From Octopus sinensis (lineage: Eukaryota), in contig NC_043000.1 of assembly GCF_006345805.1 (NCBI RefSeq), positions 36,766,001 to 36,830,000 on the forward strand: 64,000 nucleotides of DNA. Reading direction: 5' to 3'. The stretch's first letter is position 1, and the number at the start of each line of letters is the position of its first letter. The notes under the pieces were generated by a model. That model had not been told where the DNA came from. It made no database searches and worked only from the letters and a program-made list of their open reading frames with translations. This document shows, piece after piece, positions 36,451 through 49,352 of this stretch. Made by a program: the position numbers and the translations under genes.

Positions 36451-38329
36451 GAAATTAAAATAACTCTTCTCGTCTTGTCGCTTTCGCTTTCGATCAAGAA
36501 TGCCAGTAAAGCCATCTTCTGTCCATGTACAACTACGTATCTCTACGGAAAGCGCGAGTCGTTGCAACTTCCCTGTCACTCGACTTGCTAGAAATATATC
36601 ATTAATAAATATAAAAGTGGTGTCACGTGGTGTTGCGAATAAGAAGTTCGGCTCCCTTTAATGAGATCGTCGATTCAAGGACCGCACCGAATGGCAATTT
36701 GTGTCCTTAGTGCAAAGTGCATCATTTCACATTGCTAAAGTTTGTTCAGCTGAAAACGAGTCTCCTCGTGCCGGTGCAGCGTACAGTTATCGCATCTTTG
36801 ATAGGAGGCTGAGACAATGTCTGTTTTTGTTCGCGATTACAAAGGAACCTAAAACAGCTAATGAAAATGTAGTACGTGCTGTCGGGTCGTTTTCGCTTGC
36901 CGAAGGACAGCAGGGAAGCATGATAATGAGGGAGTTTTTATTCAGTCATTCGGCTTGCTAATAATATAACGTTTAAAAGAGCTCGGTAGTGTTTGTGGTA
37001 CATATGCGTCAATCAAATCTACCTGAAATCCCACATTGTCCTCAATAAAGAATAAATTAAACTACGTAACCCATTACTTGTAAAAAAATGAGATGGTCGT
37101 GATTAAAATTATTTCGATTATTGATCAGCTGGATCAGGGTTTGCCTGAGATTTAAAAACAAACCTGGTTCTAAACAATTGCTTAACACAAAAAAAACGCC
37201 AAAAGTAAGAATCTTTCCTGTCGCTAATCCTGTATTGAGTACAATAAAACAAATCTAAAATATCCAATATGGGAAAATCAGAAGGGAGTTCATTAAAGAT
37301 CCATCTACTCGGCTATACTTTTCAAATTACTTCTGAAGAACTCTTCTGTAACAAACATATAAATGAAAGTGGCTTCTATGAAATCTATTTAGCATTTTGC
37401 TAGCAAGTCCAACCAAAGTTATATTTCACACAATAACATACAAAGACACAATATTAAGAACTACATTTCTACAGGGTTCCGAACATATATCGAAAACAAA
37501 GCAGACATCTATAAAAGGATGCACATACATCTTTTAGGCCACACAGACACCGTACGAGCCTAAAACAAACAATATTTTGTGTCTACCGTGACTTCAATTT
37601 CTGGACCAAAAGTCAAAACAAAAGATGCTACTAGAGATAGACTTGTGTTCTAATAATTGTAATGGCCATACATTTTATTCTCTTGAAATATTTCTTGTCA
37701 TTTCGTGATAAAAAAGATCATCACAGCTGCAAGATTCTTGTAATTCTCACCTGGCAGCTTAGGTTCTATTGTAAGACCGTTCTGTGGGAAGCTTCCTCGT
37801 AATATTGAAACTATTTATACTATATGTTCGCACCCTGTAATAGACTTGCTGTGTTTGTTTTGTCTTGCCGTTAGGTCGGCGGTTAAGTTGTAAAGAAAAC
37901 ACTAAAAAAAGCCAGCAAATTGTTATTCTTTTGCTAGGTATTTCTCAGATATGGCGAACATCGGCTGCGTTATAATGGTTTTTATTTCTCCAAGAATCGA
38001 AGTTAGTTATAGTTTGGGCTTGGGTGTTTAGTTCATATGTAGTAACCACAATAATAACTGATATAAAATATTGAAAGTGTATATATTTTACATTCTGGAT
38101 TTTTAAACTTTGAATGTCGTCCTTGCAATTTTCCCACATTAACATCAAGTGGGGAAAATTATTTCCATTATGGTGGTACTTTTTTGTTACATCCAAACAA
38201 GTTTGGAAAATAAAAATGGTCTCCAAACAGGTTTGGATACCGTTTTTATTTTCAGTTTTCACAAATACGTATTAAATCTCGTATCTTCGTTTTAATATTT
38301 TTATTCGTGATTTTGTTTCTTCTAAGGAC

Positions 38330-38762
38330 ATGTTATACCAATCTTTTACGTGACAGAAACTTGAACAATGTTCAGAACAGTAGAAAAAAAAGATAAATGG
38401 CTTTGAGATGTAAATTTTTAGAAGATTGAGCAAAAAAGCTTGGAAGACGAGGTAACAACTGCTGCGGTTCTAGAAAAGTTGAAAGTTCAAAGACACCTAT
38501 TGTTGAGAATCAAGTCCACAAAACTATCACATTTTGGACATAAAATGTGCCGCGAGCCCAAGACCATTCTGTCAGGAGTTGTGAAAGAGAAGAGAGTAAG
38601 AATCCGTCAAAAGACGTTTGTGGACTGATGCCATCAAAGAATGGACTGGAAACAAGAGCCTGACTGACTGTATGCATGCAGCACAAAGAGAACTGGAGAG
38701 TCTTGCCAAGTCAACTCCTTTGGACACAAGGAGGATATCTTGGCGGGTGGCTGATGATGATA
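38330..38762 (+). pseudogene. RTE-like LINE 3' end with (TGA)n tail
   Basis: KINGFEM..VTTAAVLEKL..LLLRIKSTKLSHFGH..ILSGVV..WTDAIKEWTG; ends TGATGATGAT. Confidence 0.65.
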
Positions 38763-39431
38763 CTGCGAAAATATTGTCTCATAGTTAGCAATAATATGCC
38801 TCATATGATGTTAGATCAATTCTTTGTGTGTCTCTATATAATACCTACTTAGGATTCCTTGCTGTTCGAGTGCGTGTCCTTGACCTTCAAGGTGAGTTAT
38901 AGATTTATCGCTACACCATGATAGACTTTAGATGTGCTTATTCCCACCATGGTCTCTATTTACGTTTAGAGTCCCTACCTACTACTCCCTGACTGAATCG
39001 GAATTCTATTTGTTTTTGTTGACGTCTTATACAAGATTTTCTACAGTACCTGGGGGAGAATTCGTTGTCAGTTTTCATTCAATGGTTCTCCTTAATTTTA
39101 TTAATTATCCTAACAAGTTTATTTTTTTATCACTTTCATGTTTGAGTAAAATTAGTCACTGAGATCTCTTCTCAGCTGGAGATGTTGGTTTATTATAACA
39201 ATCTCGAATTAATATTATGTTACGACAGACTTCGTGCCTCGCTCACCTCCCTTGCGTAGGAAATATAATCTGTCAGCACCGCCACTGGCGATGAAAGAGT
39301 TTGGTTTTGGCTTAGTATTCGTTAGTTTAATGAGAACCTGCAATTTGGCTCAGGCAAAATACTTCAGGGAAATGTAATATACTGAGATTATCCATGCAGT
39401 TAGTTGAAAAAATCTCCCTCTAATCTGTATC

Positions 39432-39805
39432 TTATCTTTTACTTGCTTCAGGCATTGCACCGCAAACATGTTGGAAAACCGTCATGAAGGGATTTAGCCG
39501 AACGAATAAATCTTCCCCAGTACTTAGTCTTAACTTGGTACGTACTGTGTCGATATTTTTGCCGAACCGCTAGGCGACGAGGACATAAACACCCGTTGTC
39601 AAGCAGTGTAGGAACACACACACACACACACACACAAATAACATACATATGTAGACGATGGGCTTCATTCAGTTTCTATCTACCTACTTCACTCACAAGG
39701 CTTTGTTCAATCAAAGGCTATAGTAACACACCGCTGCCAAACGTGTCGTGCAGTGGAGTTGAACACGGACCATCTCATTGGGATAAAAATCTTCTAACCA
39801 AACAC
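39432..39805 (-). mobile_element. SINE family B, diverged
   Basis: TTTTACTTGCTTCAG..CCGAACCGCTAG..(AC)n..ACTCACAAGGCTTTG..GCAGTGG. Confidence 0.75.
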
Positions 39806-39937
39806 CTACGCCTGACATTTTTGTGTATCCTTGAAACTCCGAGTAAAGACCATGACTGTCTTTACAACAAATATATACTCTACTTGACGTATGGCGCACA
39901 CTTTTCTATGACTATTCTCTGACACGTAATTCTCTGG
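39705..39937 (+). repeat. Left arm of a 233-bp inverted duplication (right arm 41534-41767)
   Basis: ORFs 39711-39899 (-) and 41572-41754 (+) give nearly identical peptides; the shared part extends into non-SINE flank. Confidence 0.92.
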
Positions 39938-40060
39938 GCTACCACTTTAAAAATTATGCCGCGAATATAGTTGGCAATAATATACACAATAACTTCAGCA
40001 CGTTTGAGTGAATAATTATAGCGCGCGCGATTGCGTACACACACACACATATAAGTGTAT

Positions 40061-40278
40061 ATTCCTTTCTACTCTAGGTACAAAGCCTGAAATTTTGGAG
40101 GAGTGGGGCCAGTCGATTAGATCAACCCCATGACGCAATTGATACTTAATTTATAGACCCTGAAAGGATGAAAGGCAAAGTCGGCCTCGGCGGAATTTGA
40201 ACTCAGAACGTAGCGGCAGACGAAATACTGCTAAGCATTTCGCCCAGCGTGCTAACGATTCTGCCAGCTCGCCGCCTT
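40061..40278 (-). mobile_element. SINE family A, well conserved
   Basis: Ends GCTAACGATTCTGCCAGCTCGCCGCCTT, the reverse complement of the family head. Confidence 0.9.
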
Positions 40279-40674
40279 AACAAAGTGTGTATTATACAGG
40301 TAATTGGTGTGTATGTTAAAAACACTTTTTGCTTCAATTTTCTTGGTATCTCTTTTATAAATTCTATTTATCTTTATTTTAACCCTAATACTATTTATAT
40401 CCTCTATATCACTTTAAAATTCCAATTTCCTTATCAATTTTATGTGTTAAAGCCTTCCTCTTTCTCATTATTCAAAGTACCTTTTAATTATTTCCCTCTA
40501 TTTAATTTCTCTTCTTGCCGTAATATTACAACACTGCTTCATTGTAGAAGGTTCATTTTGTACCCCTTCAAATGATGCTCGGTCATAGTTTAGAATTCCC
40601 ACCCCCACCCCACCTTTATTCTATTATCTTTCAAAGTCTTCCTCTGCTAATATTACGGTAATTAGTAACGGTTC

Positions 40675-41065
40675 TTTATTTTTTCACTCATTTGACTGCG
40701 ACCATGCTGGAGCACCGCCTTTAGCCGAACAAATCGATCCCAGGACTTACTTTTTGTAAGCCTAGTACTTATCCTAGCGGTCTCTTGTACCAAACCGCTA
40801 GGTTAATGGGACATAAGCACGCCACCATCGGTTGTCAAGCGATGGTCGAGGGGGAGCAAACAAAGATATACAAACATGCATACACATATATATATATATA
40901 AATATATACGACGGGCTTCTTACAGTTTCCGTCTGCCAAATAAACTCACAAGGCTTTGGTCGGCCCGAGGCTATAGCAGAAGACACTTGCCCAAGGTGCC
41001 ACGCAGTGGGACTGAACCTGGAACCATGTGGTTGGTAAGCAAGCTACTTACTAGACAACCATGCC
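40675..41065 (-). mobile_element. SINE family B, full length
   Basis: Collinear with 2297-2726; explains the MWLVSKLLT-type ORFs. Confidence 0.9.
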
Positions 41066-42074
41066 TGTTGGTCACCCTTCTTTCTTTTCTCTCCTTATCC
41101 CCTCCCCTATTCCTTACTTCCTTGTTACTACCCTTTGCCATGTCGACTTGTGGAGATAAAGCTTGCATGTAGATTCCATCACAAACGACCTTGATAATTT
41201 AGTAGTGGGGGGGGAGCGACCTGATCACAAATCGTTTTCTTACTACTAAAGCAACTCCCTAATAGATGAACCTAGACTAAGGGAGCTGCCCCTCCTCTCT
41301 TGTTAGAAGTAAAAATAAGTGGGTCACTGGATTTTGTTATTGCTAGCCCCTCCTAAAAGCTCTACCAACCTCTAAATCTCTTTCCCTGATCAAATATTCC
41401 GGTAACTTTATTCTGTCAACTGTAAATGTTCGACTGTCCTTTTATGGATTCATCTGACGAAAACAGTTTCTTTACAATGATGTAATGTTTTAATTAATTA
41501 AGAGTCGTTAGAAATGGCTGCACTGGTTTAACACCAGAGAATTACGTGTCAGAGAATAGTCATAGAAAACTGTGCGCCATACGTCAAGTAGAGTATATGT
41601 TTGTTGTAAAGACAGTCATGGTCTTTACTCGGAGTTTCAAGGATACACGAAAATATCAGGCGTAGGTGTTTGGTTAGAAGATTTTTATCCCAATGAGATG
41701 GTTCCGTGTTTAACTCCACTGCACGACACGTCTGGCAGCGGTGTGTTACTATAGCCTCTGATTAAACGTACTGTTTATATATATATATATAGTTAGATAT
41801 AGTCTCTTAATTATTTTAGTCGAACGAATCGACCCTAGCCTTTTTTTTTTATTTTGCTACGCATGGTATTTATTCAATCCGTCACATTTGTTGAAGAACT
41901 AAGTTACGGGGATGTAAACACATGAACACCAGTTGCCAAGTGGTAGTGAGCGACAAACGGACAAAAGGACGTGTGTATGTGTGTGTGTGTACATATACGA
42001 GGGATGTATGATAAGCCTAAAAAAAAAAAAACATGGTATACGACTTCTGATGAAGGTACAAGATTTCAAGGCTC

Positions 42075-42325
42075 AAAGGCCGACCAAAGTCTTGTGAGTG
42101 GATTTGGTAGACGGAAACTGAAAGAAGCACATTGTCATTTATATATATATATATACATGCCTGTGTGTCTGTGTTTGTCTCCCGCTCCCGACCATCGCTT
42201 GACAACCGATACTGGTGTGTTAGAGTAAGTATTAGGCTTATAAAGAATAATCCTGGGGTCGATTTGCTCGACTAAAGGCGGTGCTTCAGCATGGCTGCAG
42301 TCAAATGACAAACAAATAAAAAAAT
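42075..42325 (+). mobile_element. SINE family B, partial, opposite a minus-strand piece at about 41815-41990
   Basis: GGCCGACCAAAG..GACGGAAACTGAAAGAAG..GGCGGTGCTTCAGCATGG. Confidence 0.75.
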
Positions 42326-42779
42326 AAACCTCTCATAACTCCACCTATAATAACTGCTACTTATTCCCGCTCTTTGTCTATGATACCGTTTTTGCACTCA
42401 TCCTTCAACCATTAACTCTCTCTCTCTCTTTCTCTGTATCTTTCACTTTCACTTCCTCCGTACGATTTTAAGCGTGACTGGAGAATTGAACCAATCAACG
42501 AGCCAGCATTTATATCGTATACATGATGGACTCTCCTGTCGAAGACAACATAGGGGTGTCCAGCTTTTGCCGAACGATCCCGTACAAATGATTTGCTTAT
42601 AGTAATCAAAGGTGCTGTGAATTAGCTCACTCCCTCCTCCATCAAATAGACTTTACCTGAACAGGTGCATGGTGTACCAAGCGTCAGGTGCCCAAGTGAT
42701 CGGAGAGCAAAGCGACATGAAGTGTTTGGATCAAGAACACATACAGTACATGTTTTGTGTGTGTGTGTGTGTGTGTGCG

Positions 42780-42990
42780 TGCGTGAGCGCGTCTTTGTCT
42801 CTCTTGAGAACCGGTATTGGTGTTTTTACGTTCCAGTAACTTAACGGTTCAGCAAATGTGACCGATTGAATAAGCACCAGGCTTTATGTAAAAAAATAAA
42901 AGAAAAAAGACCAGTACTAGGGTCGATCCATTCGACCAAAAGTTCTTCGATGCAGTGTCTCGGCGTGGATACAGCTTAATGACTGAAAGC
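42780..42990 (+). mobile_element. SINE family B 3' half after (GT)n
   Basis: GAACCGGTATTGGTGT..GTAACTTAACGGTTCAGC..TAATGACTGAAA. Confidence 0.65.
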
Positions 42991-44663
42991 AGTGAAATAC
43001 ACACATCGAGAAGTACATTAACATGTCTATATACATGCGTGCATTCACATACACACACAGTTACAGACGCTAAATAGCACGCCCCTCTTCACAAACTGGC
43101 CTACGTATACCTATAAGCTCACACACGTTCTCACACGTATTATACGCAAACACACACACACATCTACAAAACGAACACAGGCGTATATACCGACCGAATA
43201 GTACTCTGGCGCGCTTAAGTCACACGCTTATAGAAAATGTTGCATACACATACACACATATATACACACTTGTGTGTATATTTTGACTAATCTATTTTGT
43301 ACAGCTCTTCAAAAGGTATTAGAAACACGTTTCGTCTCTGTTACAAGCGGTGGCGATGTTGTCTTAGCCAAAACTACTGAACACTTCTCAAGATTGAAGA
43401 CCTGTGAAGATGATAAGTGGAAGACCGTTTCTATCGCTTTACTTTATCATTTATATGTGTGTTTAAACATATCATACATGTTTCGGCTTGTGTGTGTATG
43501 TATATATATATATACACATATACATCTGTAGATGTTCGTTTCTACTTTCTAGGTGTTATATTTTCTTTTTCTCCTCCCCCCCCCCCAATTTTTTTTTCTC
43601 TCCAGCAGCTGGCACGAACACAACTCTTTTTATAGCAATCAGCTGTAATTTTCATCATAATATTATTCGTTCTGCTAATTTCTTTCTTTGTTTTTAGTGT
43701 TTTTTTTTGCTTCTTCCCACTTTTCTTCTTTTTCATTATCATCACTGCTCCCGCCCCCCCCATCCGATTCTTCCCCCCCTCTTTCTATTTGAGGCTGCGT
43801 CCAAACCATGTTGGAGACTTTTTCATTAATCTAATATGTGCAATGCATATTTTTACACATTTATATGCATATATAAAATTTGCAACTCTAATATAATGAC
43901 AAAATGATTATTAGAGACACGCCAACTGTCACTAACACCCACCGCCACCACCACTTAAAGAAGACCATAGTCTAGAGCTAACACTGTGGATTAGTGGACC
44001 AGATAATAACAGTCAAACGAATAAAAGGTCGATCATATTGCAAGTGTAGTGTGGAAATTGAAATAGAATCTATCAAACGGTACGATAATCTAGACCTGTG
44101 GAAAGAGTGGCAAAGGAAAAAGAAGTAGATACTAGGAGAGAGAGAGAGGAAAACAGGGAGAGAGAGTGAGAGGGGGAGGGAATTGGGTAGAAATCATTCA
44201 GATTACGTCGCATTACAAGTGATGTAGATAGATTATAGTAGATTATCGGTAAGCAGGTTAGAGATCTATGACAGAAGACAGCTACAAAGGGAGGTAACAT
44301 AAGCATATACTAAGCTTAGTGGCAGACAACGAGTTGAGGAACGCCCCCCCCCCACACACACAGTGAGAGAGAGAGAAAATCATAGAGACAAAGAAAGTAT
44401 GAGAGGACTTATGCAAATGGGAAACTTGTTTCGTTCATCTTTTACTCGTTTCGGTCATTACACTGTGGCCATAATGGAGCATCGCCCGAGAGAAACTTAT
44501 TTTTCAGTCGAAAGTGAATCTAGTAATTTTTTTGTTGTTGCCTGGAACCTATTCAATCGGTTCCTTTTTGCCGAACCACTAAGTTAGGGTACGTGAATAA
44601 ACCAACAAATAAATTTCAATAAGTGTATGATGAAAATTTGTTTTTCAACAAAATATTATTTTA

Positions 44664-44861
44664 TTCTTTTACTTGTTTCAATCATTTGGCTACTGCCATG
44701 CTGGAGCATCGCCTTTAGTTGAGCAAATCAACCCCAGGAGTTATTCTTTGTAAGCTTAGTAGCTAATTCTATCGGTCTCTTTTGCCGAATAAGTTACGGG
44801 GATGTAAACACACCAACATCAGTTGTCAAACGATGTTGGGGAGACAAACACGGACACACAA

Positions 44862-44959
<98 letters not shown>

Positions 44960-45130
44960 CACACACACACACAGACAACGGGCTTCTTTCAGCTTCCGCC
45001 TACCAAATCCACTCGCAAGGCTTTGGTCGGCCCGAGGCTATAGTAGAAGACACTTGCCCAAAGTGCCACACAGTGAGACTGAACCTGGAATCATGTGGTT
45101 GGTAAGCAAGCTATTTACCACACAGCCACC
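44664..45130 (-). mobile_element. SINE family B, full length, expanded (AC)n(AT)n centre
   Basis: Collinear with the other B copies; microsatellite at about 44855-44975. Confidence 0.9.
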
Positions 45131-45147
45131 CGGCGCTTCAGCAAAAT

Positions 45148-45480
45148 TGTTCCGGGTTCAGTTCCACTGCATGATATCTTATGACAGTGTCTTGTACGAT
45201 AACCTCGGACCGATCAAAGCCTTGTGAATTCAATTTAGCAGACAGAACTAAAAGAAGCTTGTCATGTATATATGTGTGTGTGTGTCCACTTGACAACCGG
45301 TGTTACTGTGTTTACATCCCAGCAACTTGACGGTTCAACAAAAGAGACCCATAGACTAAGTACCGGGCTTTAAAAAAATACTAAATATTGGGTCGATTCA
45401 TTTGACTAAAACAATTCCTCAATGCAGTGCCCCAGCACGGCCGCAGCCTAAAGACTGAAACTAGTAAAAGATAAAAGATG
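45148..45480 (+). mobile_element. SINE family B, head-to-head with the previous copy
   Basis: GTTCCGGGTTCAGTTCCACTG..CACTTGACAACCGG..GGCCGCAGCC..GACTGAAAC. Confidence 0.75.
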
Positions 45481-47214
45481 TGGAAATATGTTATATAGGC
45501 CAGCAAATTAGGTAAATTACAAATGAATATAATTTGCAGTAGTATTTTAATTAAAATTCCTTATGAATTTGTCCATGACGGTGAGGCCGACGTTGTTGGC
45601 CTTTCATATTTCGCGGTGGTTCATGGGTGTCAGTGTTTGATACAAAAAGATAAAAGGTTGACAGATGCTAAAAAAAAGATGAATGACCTAGATAAATATA
45701 TGTAGCAACAGCATTCACGATACGAACAATTTATCATCACAACATATATTGAAGAAATATCTACAGTTCCTGTAATATACATAACAAACGTTGACTTTGT
45801 GGTGTGGGGCCCGGAACACTACATTTTTTTAAAGCTCTAACTCGGCTTCTAGAATCTTCGGCCAAATTGAATGGCCGGAAAACTCGCTTTGTTAATTTGA
45901 AAGTTAGCCAGCGTTGATTTTTTAGCATAGACACAGGGGAGAGGGTTAATGCATTTTATGGGACACTGTCCCTTTTATGGAGATATAGTAGTTCCGTGTT
46001 TCTTAACCAGGAAACCCGAGAGCTATGGTTCAAATCTCATCTGAGATTTCGCCATGCATTAAACTCCGTTTTACCATTTTTTAGAATACTCGAACTATTT
46101 CCGTTTACAGTTGGGTTCCTGTATGGTTAATACAAGCAAGTAGCTCCTTTTCTTTTACTCTCAATGTGGGGGAAACCTCTGGAGAGTTAAATATAATACC
46201 AATACCCTTCATGGCAAATAAAGCCATTCGATATTTCATGGATTTTCCTCTTCCACATTAATAGTTTCACGAAAAATTACAAGGTTATATCAGACTGGTC
46301 TAAGAAAAAAATAAGGGATTTGTTAAGGAAATGAAGAGTTTAAAAAATGGTGGTGGAGGAGAGATAGAAAACTAACTGAAATAGATAGACGGACTGACAG
46401 ACAGAACTATTGTAAACATTTAGCCGCGTATATGAAAAGTTCAGATAGAATAAGACTATCAAACTTTGTAGAAATGGTGTAGCGTAGATATTATATAATA
46501 TACACCCCCGATATGTGGGTAAAGTATAAACACATACACACGCACACATACTGGCATACACATGCACATGTATATATACACATGCAAAAGCATATGAACA
46601 CATGCATAGATACATGTATACATACTCATATGCACATGCTTATACAAACACTTTCAAAGACACACACACATATATACACACTGTGTGTATGTGTGTGTAA
46701 GATCTACTTTAAAACGTTGCACACATAAGATTGTGGAGAATGTAGGTGGTAAGAAGATGAGAGAAGTTTTCGACAAGTAGCATGGGGTGTGGTATGTCAA
46801 GTGTTGTCGACGTGTTTGAGGAATGGGGACAGCTATTTAGCAGTTAGGAAGAGAATGTGTATTTGTGACAGCTGAGAGAGAGAGACTGACGCTGAAGGAG
46901 AGAAAAAGAGAGACAAAGCAAAACTGCAAATCACGCAAAAGATTCACTCGTTGGTTTGTGTTACACATTAAAGATAATACAAGACAAACTATTTTATTGT
47001 GAGGAAATGCTTTGATCAGCTTTTGTTCGATCCGAACTGACCTGGGGCTAAACAACGACAACAGAATTAACAGTGAAATGATCACACGCACGAAAAAATT
47101 TCTCTCATCTAAGTTAAACGTTCTACAAGAAATGGCATCCAATACCCAACTGAAATTACACTCCGCCACATTTAAAAAGTACACAATAAATATAGTCAGT
47201 TACAACTATGAGGC

Positions 47215-47773
47215 GTGTGTATAGGCGTAGGAGTGGCTGTGTGTAAGAAGTTTGTTTGGTCCCGAGTTCAGTGCTACTACGTGGCACCTGGAGCAAGTGC
47301 TTTATAGTATAGTCTAGAGACGACCAAAGCCTTGTGGGTGGATTTGGTAGACGGAAACCGAAAGAACCCATCGTGTGTGTGTGTGTGTGTATATTTAAAC
47401 AATATTTTATAATTACAAGCATAATTATAATTAGGGTTCAGCAAAGATTTGCTTTACCACATACCGAAGTTTAGAAATAGCAGCCAAAGAACCTTAGCTA
47501 TTTCTTCTACTATAAGAAGAGACTCCCGGACAAAATAAAATACTCGAAATAACCCGGAAGTCTCTTCTTATAGTAGAAAAAATAGCTAAGGTTCTTTGGC
47601 TGCTATCTCTATGTGGTAAAGCAAATCTTTGCTGAACCCTAATTATAATTATACTTGTAATTATAAAATATTGTTTAAGTTTACCGAAAAATGGTCCTTT
47701 TTCATGCCGAATTCTACTTGGTGGAATTATTAATTACTAGTTAACTGATTAATTTTACCCTTTATTATTATTG

Positions 47774-47811
<38 letters not shown>

Positions 47812-48003
47812 GAAAATGAAAACAAATCCAAGGCAGGACAAGCTTATTAAATCATTTAAATTGTTTTAATTATTATAAGGGTGAATCGAAGTAAGCAAAA
47901 GTAAATAATAATGTCTTACGGTTGTTTCTGGGATATCTCAGGTTATGAACCTGTGTGTTGATCCTCAGTTCCATATACTGGGTATTCTGTCATCGGAGAC
48001 ACG

Positions 48004-48036
<33 letters not shown>

Positions 48037-48305
48037 ATATATATACTAGAAACCTCAGTGTGTATGCGTGTGTGTGTTTGTCTGTTTGTTCCCACCACCA
48101 CCACCACCACGCCGCTGCTTGATAACCGATGTTGGCGTGTTTATGTTCCCGTAATACAGCGTTTCGTCAAAACATGCTGACAGAATAAGTACTTAAGCTT
48201 ACAAAGAATATAAGTATTGGGGTTAATTCATTCGACTATCAGTTCTTCCGAGCGGTGCCCCAGCATGGCCACAGTCTAATGACTGAAACTGGTAAAAGTT
48301 ATAAG
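47215..48305 (+). mobile_element. SINE family B split at its central microsatellite (5' half 47215-47390, 3' half about 48060-48305)
   Basis: GGCGTAGGAGTGGCTGTGTG head to (GT)n, then about 660 bp of other repeats, then GTTTG..CTTGATAACCG..GCATGGCCACAGTC. Confidence 0.75.
47395..47678. repeat. Foldback: arms 47395-47529 and 47554-47678, 24-nt spacer
   Basis: 121 of 125 aligned positions pair; the left arm has a 10-nt extra (47463-47472). Confidence 0.95.
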
Positions 48306-49259
48306 ATGGTTATCTTAATCTAATACTGGTAATATTTCGATATAGCGGATTTTATTCAACGGGGCAGCTAATTGCCACATCAGTCATTTTTCAATTACTA
48401 CTTTCCTACATCAGTAGCGACATATTTCCTCTTAACATGCCGTTGATTGTGAGTACATTCTACTGAAGAGATTCAACAAGGCAGATATATGTATCTACAT
48501 TCTCACCAGATCCAGATTCTGTTGGACGATTTTAATTCTGCTTCTGACTCATATCGCATATATAAGAGATACTATATCCGGTAGAATGCCACAGTAAATT
48601 TGCATATTTCCATTGAGTATGATACACTGATACACACACACACACAATATATATATAAAACATTGATTAGTGAACGATCAAATTCGGGCCAACGACTTAA
48701 TATAACACCACGCTTTCATACATTTCAGCATATATAAACATTACAATGGCCTTCAACATATAAAAGGATTACATATGTAAAAAGAACAGAAGGTAAAATA
48801 TATATATGCACATATAAAATACCAAATATATACAAAGGCCGGTCAAGAAAAGATATATACAAATCGACAAAAATAGGTAATCAAAATGAATTACTAAAAA
48901 ATATCAATCGACTACGAAAATGTTTTTTTACCACTTAATTAAGAATATATGAAAATAGTTCGCTTTTTAAAAAAAGCAATCCATGGTAGGTCGGAGTCTA
49001 AGGAGAGTAAGATAGTTCCCAAAAATCAGGTCAAAAACACACCTATGGCCATTTCGGATATGTAAGTATATATATATATATATATGAAAAAAATTACATT
49101 TAATTGTTTTCCCTGCTTACAATTGAAAAAGTCTCAATGACCGAAACCAATCCTGAAATGTTTTTTTATAAAATCATTTTAGCATTTTCTACCTTGACTT
49201 TTTTCTATATATATATATATATCAACTCCTGAGTTCCTTTACAACCTTCTACACACACA

Positions 49260-49352
49260 CATACATACATACATACATACATACATACATACATGCATGT
49301 ATATATATATATGTATGTATGTATGTATATATATATATATGCATGTATATAT
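49260..49352. repeat. (CATA)n/(AT)n compound microsatellite
   Basis: Direct reading. Confidence 0.9.

Noticed and set aside
41450-42100. CTGACGA at about 41455 and CTGATGA at about 42046
   Set aside because: No properly placed helix II-GAAA-helix III-UH.
43560-43640. Polypyrimidine tract ending in CAG, a possible splice acceptor
   Set aside because: No open frame or donor site follows; lies in low-complexity sequence.
49121-49160. TTGAAAAAGTCTCAATGACCGAAACCAATC, a possible hammerhead relic
   Set aside because: Core and helix III too degraded to call from this copy.
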